A stretch of DNA of 42,127 nt, from assembly GCA_001776335.1 (NCBI GenBank), contig MFAZ01000012.1, positions 1-42,127 of the forward strand. Reading direction: 5' to 3'. Numbering within the stretch: position 1 is the first letter of the stretch; the number at the start of each line of letters is the position of its first letter. Below, piece by piece: positions 24,920 to 32,864 of the stretch. Made by a program: the position numbers and the translations under genes. Origin of the DNA: Candidatus Curtissbacteria bacterium RIFCSPHIGHO2_01_FULL_41_11. GTDB lineage: Bacteria; Patescibacteriota; Microgenomatia; Curtissbacterales; GWA2-41-24. Under the pieces are notes generated by a model, which made no database searches, had not been told where the DNA came from, and saw nothing but the letters and a program-made list of their open reading frames with translations.

Positions 24920-26709
24920 TTTCTGCGAAACCCCGAACTCGCTCCGGCTCCTGCCGCTCCTCCGGCGCCAACCGCAAGAGCTGGACCAACACCCGCAGTT
25001 ACAGCGCCTACAACTCCAGCCAAAAGTGCTAATAAGAGTATTAACAGGCCTTTATTCTTTGCGGCAAGCTTCAGAACTTTTTCCCAATTAGACGGAAATG
25101 CTTCCCTCAATGCCTTGTTCCCCTCTTTCGTGGCAGCCGCAGCAGCAATAACAGTGGGAGCGATTTCCGAGTATCTGCCATTCAGCTGATAAACAGTCTG
25201 CAGCACACTTCTGTCTCCCGCGACTAATCTGTCAGAAGTGTAACGGACAAACTGAGCCATTTCATTTTGGCTCAAAGCATCTCCCGCGTAAATCTTTTCT
25301 TCAAGCAAAACGTACTCATACGCATTAAGTCCAGGAAGCGCACCTGCAAGTTCCTGAAGTCGAGCAACTTTTTCTTCTTTACTCAACCTGGAATATTCTG
25401 CCGGAGACATTTTGGCCACACTTTCTGCGCCAATAACCGCTTCAGCTCCTTGTGATTCTGCCAGCCTACTCTCAGCAGTTCTTTGTGCGTTCTCGTACAA
25501 CTTCAAGCGTCTGCGGGCATCCAGCAAATTCGAACGAACTTCTGCGCGTTCCGCTGACAACTGTTTTTTTCTGTCAGCATCAACCTCTGCCGCAACCGCC
25601 TCATTAAGCTCCGCGTAAGAACTTTCAAAATCAGAAACTTCATTTTGGATATTTCTGACCGTCCTTCTAAAATTATCCAGATCTGTCGAAGTGGCTGTCT
25701 CCGCCCGTAGCCCGATAAGTTCCTCCTCATTTCGCCTCTGCTCCTCCGCACTCTTTTTCGTCTCCTCCTCTTGCTTTTTTGTTTTATCCTCAGGTTCCCT
25801 GGACTCCTTCAGATTATTTATGGCTTCGAGCCTTGCCTCAGAATCCCTGATCCTCTTTGTAATCTCGTCCCTGTCTGCTCCCCTTGAAGTGTCTAGCTCT
25901 TTATTAAGAGCCTTAAACACCGCTTCCTCTGTTTGGCCTTCGGAATTTAAATCTGCCGAAGATAAACGGGCCAGTCTTCTATACTCTTCTAACCTCTGCT
26001 GAGACTCTCTTCTCGCCTCATCCCTTTCCTCCAGTTTCTCCTCTCGGGTTTGTCTTCCAGTTCCTCTTTCTCTGCCGTCGGCTTTTGGCAATACGTCTAT
26101 CTCATCTCCTCTTATCTCTTGAATATCCTCGATAATGTCCAATTGGTCCTGAAGACGATCAATATCGGTTTGCAGTTTATCCATATCTGAAAGGTTGGTA
26201 AGCCTGTCGGATTTACGACCTAAACTGGCAATTTGTCTCTGAATATTATCGGACTTTCTCTGTAGTTGTTGCGGTGACATGCGTTCAAAAATAGAGGCGA
26301 GTTTTTCTTCCTCGGTCTCAGCCGGAATCTGAGGATTTTGTTCGCCACTAGGTTGCGTTCCTACCGCAGTGGGCGCTTCCGGCGGAGGAATTCCTCCGCC
26401 CGCAGATGCAGGCGCGGGTTCAACAGTTTGGTCAATTCCGTCAGGAAATTTGTCTTTTACTGCCTGCAGGCGAGCCATTTCCTGAGAGGTAAAAGATGGA
26501 GACGCAGTTTGATTTAGCGCAGCTTCCGGCCCTTGAGCAGACTCCACTCTTTGCACCTGCTCCGCTGCTCTTCTTGCAGCAGTCTGAATTGGATCCTCCA
26601 CAGGCGTTTGTGCTGCAATAGTTTCCAATCGCTTGGTTGCTTCTCCGACACCGATATGCGCTGCTCCAACCCCACCCTCGGGACTTATTGGAGGTGCTCC
26701 GCTAGCCAT
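24916..26709 (-). CDS. Long coiled-coil, charge-rich protein with a C-terminal TM helix and Gly/Ala tail (tail-anchored); function unknown
   Basis: I prefer the start at the ATG at the complement of 26707-26709. It has a GGGAGG SD 5 nt upstream and an ATGGCTAG overlap with the upstream stop. Extended E/R/K/Q heptad-like sequence. C-terminus LLILLLALLAGVVGAVTAGVGPALAVGAGGAAGAGA. Confidence 0.7.
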   Translation of the reverse strand: MASGAPPISPEGGVGAAHIGVGEATKRLETIAAQTPVEDPIQTAARRAAEQVQRVESAQGPEAALNQTASPSFTSQEMARLQAVKDKFPDGIDQTVEPAPASAGGGIPPPEAPTAVGTQPSGEQNPQIPAETEEEKLASIFERMSPQQLQRKSDNIQRQIASLGRKSDRLTNLSDMDKLQTDIDRLQDQLDIIEDIQEIRGDEIDVLPKADGRERGTGRQTREEKLEERDEARRESQQRLEEYRRLARLSSADLNSEGQTEEAVFKALNKELDTSRGADRDEITKRIRDSEARLEAINNLKESREPEDKTKKQEEETKKSAEEQRRNEEELIGLRAETATSTDLDNFRRTVRNIQNEVSDFESSYAELNEAVAAEVDADRKKQLSAERAEVRSNLLDARRRLKLYENAQRTAESRLAESQGAEAVIGAESVAKMSPAEYSRLSKEEKVARLQELAGALPGLNAYEYVLLEEKIYAGDALSQNEMAQFVRYTSDRLVAGDRSVLQTVYQLNGRYSEIAPTVIAAAAATKEGNKALREAFPSNWEKVLKLAAKNKGLLILLLALLAGVVGAVTAGVGPALAVGAGGAAGAGASSGFRRN

Positions 26710-27139
26710 CAGTACCTCCCAGCTCCGCAAGCCTACCGATTTCGCCTATGAATTTAGCCTGGTTTTTAGTTATGAAACCTTGAAACTCATCACCTGTGAC
26801 TTCTAGATTCAAAATATCCTTGGAAAAAAGTGTATCTCTTTTTTCAAGACCAAGTTCTGCAAGTCTGTCCCCAATCGACATACTCTTATCGTCAAAAGGA
26901 TTTTTAAAATCCGCTGGTAATGGGTCAGCGGGTATAAAGGGATCATTTTCAAAAGCAGATCTGTTGTCTTGCAGGAACTTAATGAAGCTGGAGCCGTAAA
27001 CAGGCATCGCCAGAAGATCTTCGGAAAACTTTTTGCTAACTTCTTGCGGATCAAAGCCCAGCTCCTCAAGCCGCACCCCAATAGCTTTTGGTTCGTCTGA
27101 AAGCGCTCCGATTAAATTATTAACTGACTTTTGTTTCAT
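26702..27139 (-). CDS. Hypothetical protein with an internal ~42-aa duplication
   Basis: IGVRLEELGFDPQEVSKKFSEDLLAMPVYGSSFIKFLQDNRSAF aligns with IGDRLAELGLEKRDTLFSKDILNLEVTGDEFQGFITKNQAKF. A third partial copy reads IGEIGRLAELGG. It overlaps both neighbouring genes. Confidence 0.6.
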   Translation of the reverse strand: MKQKSVNNLIGALSDEPKAIGVRLEELGFDPQEVSKKFSEDLLAMPVYGSSFIKFLQDNRSAFENDPFIPADPLPADFKNPFDDKSMSIGDRLAELGLEKRDTLFSKDILNLEVTGDEFQGFITKNQAKFIGEIGRLAELGGTDG

Positions 27140-27488
27140 GAGCAGTTTCTGCTAGTGCGGTTTTGGCTATCTGATGCGCACTGTCAAAATTGCCGGCATC
27201 AATGGCGCCAAGCGCCTGCCTGTACTGACTTATTTCCCGCGATTTTATAATTTCGTCCTTAACTTTAGTATACAAAATTTTAAAGACAGGGTATTTATCA
27301 GAAAGATTTTTGTAAAAATTTACCAAAGAATCCTCATGCTGCTCAATTTCTCCTACAGTTGCAAGTGTATCTCTTGCTGCCTGCTGAGCTTGCTCAACAG
27401 TCATCTCACCGGAATTAAGCCCGTCGACTATCGCGTCAACTATCTCCTTTTCTACCCTATATTTGGCAGAAAGCGTGCTTGCGCTCAT
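27120..27488 (-). CDS. Hypothetical small protein, helical by eye; first gene of the orphan operon
   Basis: 122 aa. It overlaps the downstream gene by 20 nt. I recognised no motif. Confidence 0.55.
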   Translation of the reverse strand: MSASTLSAKYRVEKEIVDAIVDGLNSGEMTVEQAQQAARDTLATVGEIEQHEDSLVNFYKNLSDKYPVFKILYTKVKDEIIKSREISQYRQALGAIDAGNFDSAHQIAKTALAETAHETKVS

Positions 27489-27561
27489 CCAGTTTCAATA
27501 TATCACAAATACCATCGAGCCTTGACCATATGATTGATTGTCTGCTACCATTCCGTAAGGT

Positions 27562-27595
27562 CCTGAGCGAATCGAGTAATCGATGAGTCGAAGGG
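27562..27595 (+). repeat. CCTGAGCGA...GTCGAAGGG GC-rich element in the rplY leader
   Basis: CCTGAGCGA at 27562-27570 and GTCGAAGGG at 27587-27595, separated by 16 nt containing TCGAGTAATCGA. Confidence 0.65.
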
Positions 27596-27608
27596 CCCCA
27601 GTACAAGT

Positions 27609-28364
27609 ATGGAACAAATCCCGCTCGTTGCCCAAAAACGCACAGTTTTAGGCAGAAAAGTAAAAACCATAAGAAAAGAAGGGTTCATCCCCGCTCATGT
27701 TTATGGGAAGAAAATAGAAACAATTCACGTACAGGTCAAAGGCGCTGATTTTAGAAAGGTTTTTGAACAAGCAGGAGAAACAGGAATAGTAGACTTACAA
27801 ATAGATGGAGCCAAGCACCCTGCTCTTATTAGAAACGTTCAGGTCCACCCCGTTACAGACGAACCTCTTCACATCGATTTTTATCAAGTAAACCTCGCAG
27901 AAAAGGTTAAAGTTAACGTTCCTGTAGAAGTTACTGGCGAAGCCCCTGCAGAGCAGAAAAAAATCGGGCTGTTGCTTACACCTACCTCAGAAATTGAAGT
28001 GGAAGCACTGCCTGCTGATATCCCGGAAATTATTGAGGTGGATGTATCAAAGCTGGAAAATATCGGCGACGAAATCAGAGTCAAAGATTTGCCAATCGAT
28101 AAATCCAAAATCGAAGTTCTGGCAGACGAAGATCTCGTTGTTGCCGCAATTGGCGAACTTGTAACCAAAGAACAGGCAGAGCTGGAAGCCCAAATTGAAG
28201 CCGAAGCAGCTGAAGCAGCCGCGACAGAAGCCGTCCCAGCTGAAGGCGGAGCCGCCGAAGGCGAGCCTAGCCCGGAGGAGCGGGAGGGTGAAGCACCCAA
28301 AGAGGGCGAGGGCGAAGCACCTAAAGAAGGCGAAGCGAAAACCGAGGAGAAAAAGGAAGAATAG
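27609..28364 (+). CDS. rplY: 50S ribosomal protein L25 / general stress protein Ctc, with an acidic repeat tail
   Basis: AQKRTVLGRKVKTIRKEGFIPAHVYGK and a two-domain Ctc-type length. The tail contains a 24-nt tandem repeat (28284-28307 and 28308-28331) encoding EGEAPKEG twice. Confidence 0.9.
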   Translation: MEQIPLVAQKRTVLGRKVKTIRKEGFIPAHVYGKKIETIHVQVKGADFRKVFEQAGETGIVDLQIDGAKHPALIRNVQVHPVTDEPLHIDFYQVNLAEKVKVNVPVEVTGEAPAEQKKIGLLLTPTSEIEVEALPADIPEIIEVDVSKLENIGDEIRVKDLPIDKSKIEVLADEDLVVAAIGELVTKEQAELEAQIEAEAAEAAATEAVPAEGGAAEGEPSPEEREGEAPKEGEGEAPKEGEAKTEEKKEE

Positions 28365-28365
28365 T

Positions 28366-28776
28366 CTACAAATCCGGATCCAGATTTTTAGCAGTTTCTC
28401 TAGACTGTTCGGCTAAATCACTTTCCCCAAGTCCTTCATACAGGACCGAAAGTCTTAACCATGCCCCGGCATAATCCGGCCTCGCATATATAACGTCTCT
28501 TGTCTTTTTAATCTCTGCATCAATCGCCTCTTTATCAATCATTAAATCATTTTTACCCTCCATCTTCGTCTGCTGCCCCAATACTTTTCTTTTACTCGGG
28601 TTGGGTTTTTCGCTTATCGCCATCCCAAAAGCAGCCAAAATTAAAAGTACCAGAACTATGCGAAAAGCTGCGGGGAAAAATGCGCTAATTATGCGGGTAA
28701 TATTGTTTACCCCACGAAATTTTAATGTAGTGGGGCGGAGATTATGCGGAGAAAGCAAATTGTTAAATTGTATCAT
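28366..28776 (-). CDS. Membrane-anchored protein with a TPR-like C-terminus
   Basis: One TM (FRIVLVLLILAAFGMAI). C-terminal AGAWLRLSVLYEGLGESDLAEQSRETAKNLDP is TPR-like. I prefer the ATG at 28776. The ORF-track start at 28821 is a TTG inside the octamer array. Confidence 0.5.
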   Translation of the reverse strand: MIQFNNLLSPHNLRPTTLKFRGVNNITRIISAFFPAAFRIVLVLLILAAFGMAISEKPNPSKRKVLGQQTKMEGKNDLMIDKEAIDAEIKKTRDVIYARPDYAGAWLRLSVLYEGLGESDLAEQSRETAKNLDPDL

Positions 28777-28830
28777 TGTTAAATTGTTATTAAATTCTAC
28801 AGCAATACAGCAATATAACAATATAACAAT
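28759..28830. repeat. Inverted pair of 4-unit octamer arrays (ATTGTTAA-type, then ACAGCAAT/ATAACAAT-type)
   Basis: Left arm 28759-28790, an 8-nt centre, right arm 28799-28830. The arms are about 23/32 complementary. Confidence 0.75.
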
Positions 28831-28849
28831 CTTGAATCAAAATGATTAA

Positions 28850-30934
28850 TCATAGAGGCCATTTTTCCAACATAATAGATTTTCTATGTACATCAAATTG
28901 TTGATAAATTTCCTCGGTTAAAAACGGCATAAATGGATGAAGAATAATCATAACTTGTTTAAGAACATACTCCAAAGTTGCTTGGGCCTCTTCTCTGCTG
29001 GTCTTGGACTTCTCAATATATTTATCTGCAAAGTCATGCCATACAAAATTATAAATGTCTTCAACAGCCAGATGGAGTTCAAGCGATTCCAGATTTTTCG
29101 TCACCCTCGCTACTAGTCTCTCCAACTTGTCCTGTATCCAAATATCATCCTTATGTCTGTTGTCTGTAGTCGGTAGTCTGTTGTCTGTAGTCCTGAGTTC
29201 GATAACAAATCGTGCAATATTTCTGATTTTTGTCGCAAAATTCCTGAAATTTTTCCCGCGCTCATCTAGTGTTTGCTTGGAAACACGCCCGTCTCTTCCG
29301 GGGATGCTGTATGTATAAAGTGCCATTCTTGTTGCATCCACTCCCCACTGCCCGATTAAATAACCGGGCTCGATTCCGTTGCCCAGGGATTTACTAAACT
29401 TCCTCCCCTGCAAATCTCGCAGCATTCCGTGGAAAAACATAGTCTTAAATGGTTCCATTTTTGTAAAATAATTGGAAATCATAATCATTCTCGCAATCCA
29501 CAAAAATTTAATTTCCGGTGCTGATATTTCAAAATCCCAGGGGAAATACCTATCCAACAAATTTTCAACTTTCAACTTTCCACTCTCAACTTTGTTTAGC
29601 CAACCTAACGTGGATAGAGGCCAAAGTCCAGAGGAAAACCATGTATCCAAAACCTGCTCGTCTTGTTTCCACCCAACACCGGGAGACTTTAAAGAAACCT
29701 TTATTTCTTTCCCCCGATACCATACAGGAATTCTATGTCCCCACCAAAGAGATCTGGAAATACACCAATCATGAATACCTTTTAACCACTCGATCAAAAT
29801 TTTCTTATAGTTTCCGGGTAGAAATTTAATTGCATCCTTGTTAATTAGTTGAATAGCCTCCTTCGCAATCTCCTCGACTTTTACAAACCACTCCTCTGAA
29901 ATAATTGGCTCAACTACGCTTTTACACCTTTCGCAAACAGCGACGTTATGAACATAATCCTCTTCCTTTACCAATATGCCTTTTTCTTTAAGCTCAGGAA
30001 TCATTGCCTCTCGGGCTTCAGTGACTTTCATTCCCGCATACTTTCCAGCAGCATCAGTTAATCTTCCCTCTTTATTTATTACATTGATAATCGGCAAATT
30101 ATGCCTTTTGCCGATTTCATAGTCGATAAAATCATGGCCTGGTGTAACTTTAATAACACCAGTTCCAAAGTCCGGATCAACAACATCGTCTGCGACAACC
30201 CTCATCTTCTTTTTGCCGTTTAATGTTTCAATTTCAAATTCTTTCCCTACATAGTCCTTATACCTTTTGTCTTTAGGATTTACCGCCATTGCAGTGTCAC
30301 CAAATTTTGTTTCAGGTCTGACGGTTGCGAGAGTCAATGGTCCATACTTCAAGTAGTAAAGTTTCTCCTTCCTTTCTTCATACTCCACCTCCACATCTTC
30401 AATCGCAGTCCGGTCGCGTGGACACCATTGCACAATATATGGTCCTTTATAAATTAAGCCGGCGTCATAATATGTTTTAAATTCTTCAAAAACAGCTCTT
30501 TGGCATTTTTCTTCCAGTGTAAAAACCTCTCGGCTCCAGTCGGCAGACAGACCCATCATTCTCCAACTACCGGATAGCGATTTATAAATCTCGTCTTTAA
30601 ATTTCCATGCCAACTCCAGCCATTTTTCCCGCCCTAATTTTTGTTTAGAAAGCCCCTGTTTCGCTAAGTGTTTATCAAATGTTGACTCAAATTGAATGCC
30701 TGCATGATCTACACCTGGTAACAATAAAACATCAAATCCCTGCAGTCGCCTAAAACGCGCAACAGCATCCAGTATTGAATGCTGCATTGCGTGTCCGAGA
30801 TGTAATTCTCCAGTTAAATTGGGTGGAGGAATCAGCAAAGAATATTTTTTCTTGTTGGAGTTCGGATCCGCAGAGAATAATTTTTCTTTCTCCCAAAATT
30901 CATAAATTTCGGATTCTTTTTTAAATTTGTTCAT
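28850..30934 (-). CDS. valS: Valyl-tRNA synthetase (short form lacking the C-terminal coiled coil)
   Basis: HIGH-type LHLGHAMQH, KMSKS-type KFSKSLGN, ValRS editing-domain hallmark TGVIKVTPGHDFIDYEIG. It contains repeat-derived insertions at 29154-29195 and 29566-29593. Confidence 0.9.
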   Translation of the reverse strand: MNKFKKESEIYEFWEKEKLFSADPNSNKKKYSLLIPPPNLTGELHLGHAMQHSILDAVARFRRLQGFDVLLLPGVDHAGIQFESTFDKHLAKQGLSKQKLGREKWLELAWKFKDEIYKSLSGSWRMMGLSADWSREVFTLEEKCQRAVFEEFKTYYDAGLIYKGPYIVQWCPRDRTAIEDVEVEYEERKEKLYYLKYGPLTLATVRPETKFGDTAMAVNPKDKRYKDYVGKEFEIETLNGKKKMRVVADDVVDPDFGTGVIKVTPGHDFIDYEIGKRHNLPIINVINKEGRLTDAAGKYAGMKVTEAREAMIPELKEKGILVKEEDYVHNVAVCERCKSVVEPIISEEWFVKVEEIAKEAIQLINKDAIKFLPGNYKKILIEWLKGIHDWCISRSLWWGHRIPVWYRGKEIKVSLKSPGVGWKQDEQVLDTWFSSGLWPLSTLGWLNKVESGKLKVENLLDRYFPWDFEISAPEIKFLWIARMIMISNYFTKMEPFKTMFFHGMLRDLQGRKFSKSLGNGIEPGYLIGQWGVDATRMALYTYSIPGRDGRVSKQTLDERGKNFRNFATKIRNIARFVIELRTTDNRLPTTDNRHKDDIWIQDKLERLVARVTKNLESLELHLAVEDIYNFVWHDFADKYIEKSKTSREEAQATLEYVLKQVMIILHPFMPFLTEEIYQQFDVHRKSIMLEKWPL
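29154..29195. repeat. Period-7 tract / 21-nt tandem duplication inside valS (encodes TTDNRLP-TTDNRH)
   Basis: TGTCTGT TGTCTGT AGTCGGT AGTCTGT TGTCTGT AGTCCTG. The 12-mer TTGTCTGTAGTC recurs at 29160-29171 and 29181-29192. Confidence 0.8.
29566..29593. repeat. Heptamer tract CAACTTT x4 (one variant unit) inside valS
   Basis: Units at 29566, 29573, 29580 (CCACTCT) and 29587. It encodes KVESGKLKVEN between the conserved STLGW and YFPWD blocks. Confidence 0.8.
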
Positions 30935-30960
30935 ATTATTTTTCCAATTGAAAATATTTT

Positions 30961-30992
30961 TAGCAATTTAACAATTCAGCAATATAACAACT
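30961..30992. repeat. Octamer tract TAGCAATT TAACAATT CAGCAATA TAACAACT upstream of valS
   Basis: Four units, beginning 26 nt beyond the valS start codon (30934). Confidence 0.8.
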
Positions 30993-31235
30993 TAATTTTT
31001 TCTTTGAAAAATTGGTTTCTTTCACGTGCGAGTAAATTTTACCACTATTATTTTTAAAATACGTCTCGTTAATTTACCCCATCTGGCACGTGCAAAATTT
31101 TCTCAAAATCTGAGTCGGTGTCTGCCCCGCTAAAAGTTTGTGGTTTTAGGCTTAATGTGTCACGAAAGTTATCAACAAATTTTAAACTGAGTGACCGTTT
31201 CTATATATTTTTTACGGGGTTGATAACTCTCCATT

Positions 31236-32270
31236 TTAAAAGTAGAGTCCGGGATTTGCAGAGATACTCAATGGATTGACAAAGCGTTTTTGCCAATAGG
31301 CTGCAGTCGCAATCATTGCTCCGTTATCTACAGACAAGTTTTTTCCCGGGAAAAGAACCTGTAAATTATTCTTTCGCCCTTCACTAACCAGAGCATTTTC
31401 CAGAGCTGCATTTGCTGCAACGCCTCCCCCAACAACCACATATTTCACTTTATACTTTTCAGCAGCTCTTAAAGTTTTTTTAACCAGTACATCACAAACT
31501 GCGTTTTGAAATTCATATGCAACTTCAGGATATCTGTTCTCTGGAAACTTGTTTCTAGAAACTAAATTAACAACTGCGGTTTTAAGTCCAGAAAAAGAAA
31601 AATCAAAATTATCTTCAGCTATCATCGGTCTTGGAAACTTAACGTTTCTAGTTTCAAGTTTCCAGTTTCCAGTTTGAAAATTGCTTGCAATTTTCTCGAT
31701 CTCCGGTCCGCCCGGGTAAGAAAAGCCTAAAACTCGTGCCACTTTGTCAAAAGCTTCACCACAGGCGTCGTCTAAAGTTCCACCCAACCATTGAAATTTA
31801 TTGTGGTCTTTCATGAGAATCAAGTCCGTGTGTCCACCGGAAACAATCAAAGCTATTAGAGGAAACTCAGGAAGTTTAAAGTTTCCAGTGTCTAGTTTTT
31901 CGTTATTGATCCAATTGGCATAAACATGAGCAACCAAATGGTTAACAGCAACCAGTGGTTTATTAAAAACAAGCGCTAAAGTTTTAGCAGTCTCAACACC
32001 AATTAAAAGCGAACCAATAAGGCCCGGTCCATAAGAAACGGCGATTGCATCAACATCTTGCATTTCAAGACCAGACTCACTAAAAGCTCGATCAACGGTG
32101 GGAATAATTGCTTTAACTTGCTCCCTTGCTGCAACTTCCGGAACGATTCCACCATATGCTTTGTGCATTTCACTTGAGCTTGCCACAACATTCCCAAGAA
32201 TTTCTCTGCCGTTACGTACGATTCCAACACCAGTTTCATCACAAGTACTCTCAATACCTAATATAATCAT
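31236..32270 (-). CDS. tsaD: tRNA N6-adenosine threonylcarbamoyltransferase
   Basis: ILGIESTCDETGVGIV, HLVAHVYANW, VSGGHT, FSFSGLKT. It carries two heptamer-derived insertions. Confidence 0.9.
   Translation of the reverse strand: MIILGIESTCDETGVGIVRNGREILGNVVASSSEMHKAYGGIVPEVAAREQVKAIIPTVDRAFSESGLEMQDVDAIAVSYGPGLIGSLLIGVETAKTLALVFNKPLVAVNHLVAHVYANWINNEKLDTGNFKLPEFPLIALIVSGGHTDLILMKDHNKFQWLGGTLDDACGEAFDKVARVLGFSYPGGPEIEKIASNFQTGNWKLETRNVKFPRPMIAEDNFDFSFSGLKTAVVNLVSRNKFPENRYPEVAYEFQNAVCDVLVKKTLRAAEKYKVKYVVVGGGVAANAALENALVSEGRKNNLQVLFPGKNLSVDNGAMIATAAYWQKRFVNPLSISANPGLYF
31644..31678. repeat. Heptamer tract GTTTCNA x5 inside tsaD
   Basis: GTTTCTA GTTTCAA GTTTCCA GTTTCCA GTTTGAA. It encodes FQTGNWKLETRN. 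Confidence 0.85.
31874..31901. repeat. Second heptamer tract inside tsaD
   Basis: GTTTAAA GTTTCCA GTGTCTA GTTTTTC. It encodes EKLDTGNFKL, just before the conserved PLIALIVSGGHT. Confidence 0.75.
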
Positions 32271-32283
32271 CCAAAAAGTTTAC

Positions 32284-32302
32284 CCCGAGCGAAGTCGAAG
32301 GG
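32284..32302 (+). repeat. Compact copy of the CC[CT]GAGCGA-GTCGAAGGG element between tsaD and the DUF192 gene
   Basis: CCCGAGCGAAGTCGAAGGG at 32284-32302. Confidence 0.6.
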
Positions 32303-32309
32303 TCAAATG

Positions 32310-32864
32310 TCAGAGTGTGAAGTTTACCTGATCGCCTATCTGCAGTCCATGAAGAGAAGTCAGACCTGCATTTATTTCTAAAACATAAAGAGCTTCAGCT
32401 CTGGGTTTATAACGCGTCAGCTCGCTGTCGGATTTACCAGGCTCCGGCGGTACATCACTATAGATATCTACAATTTTTTTATTCTCATCAATCCAAATAA
32501 TATCAATTGCAAACTTCATGTCTTTCATCCAAAAAGTGTAAGTACCCTTCTGCTCGAAAACAAAAAGCAAGCCTCCGTTCAAAGGAATAGAATCCTTCCC
32601 GCTTAGACCTTTTTTCCTATCCGATGCCTTTGACACTACCTGTGCATCTATATTCAATGACCCCGCATTTACAGGGACGAAGCCCGAAGTAGGTTTTTTT
32701 GCAAAGTTCGAACTCGGAGTCGATTCACCCACAAAATTAAAGCTAGTGAAAGATTGGCCAAAAATAAGAAGTACAACTATAAATAAAAAGAGACCAATAA
32801 TAATTGCCAGGTCTTTTTTCAGAAAAATTATCCTCCAGTACCCACTAAGTATACCGCCCGCCAA
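32310..32864 (-). CDS. DUF192-domain protein with an N-terminal membrane anchor
   Basis: FWMKDMKFAIDIIWIDENKKIVDIYSDVPP...ALYVLEINAGLTSLHGLQIGDQV fits the DUF192 pattern. The start overlaps the upstream gene by 37 nt, so the true start is uncertain. Confidence 0.65.
   Translation of the reverse strand: MAGGILSGYWRIIFLKKDLAIIIGLFLFIVVLLIFGQSFTSFNFVGESTPSSNFAKKPTSGFVPVNAGSLNIDAQVVSKASDRKKGLSGKDSIPLNGGLLFVFEQKGTYTFWMKDMKFAIDIIWIDENKKIVDIYSDVPPEPGKSDSELTRYKPRAEALYVLEINAGLTSLHGLQIGDQVNFTL

Noticed and set aside
24916-27488. Prophage or mobile-element interpretation of the orphan three-gene operon
   Set aside because: The window contains no integrase, terminase, capsid/portal-like genes, att-like repeats or tRNA. 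Only the coiled-coil/Gly-rich protein is faintly tape-measure-like.
30935-31235. T-box riboswitch upstream of valS
   Set aside because: I could not find the conserved T-box sequence (AATTAGGGTGGTACCGCG-like) or a specifier/terminator arrangement on the minus strand.
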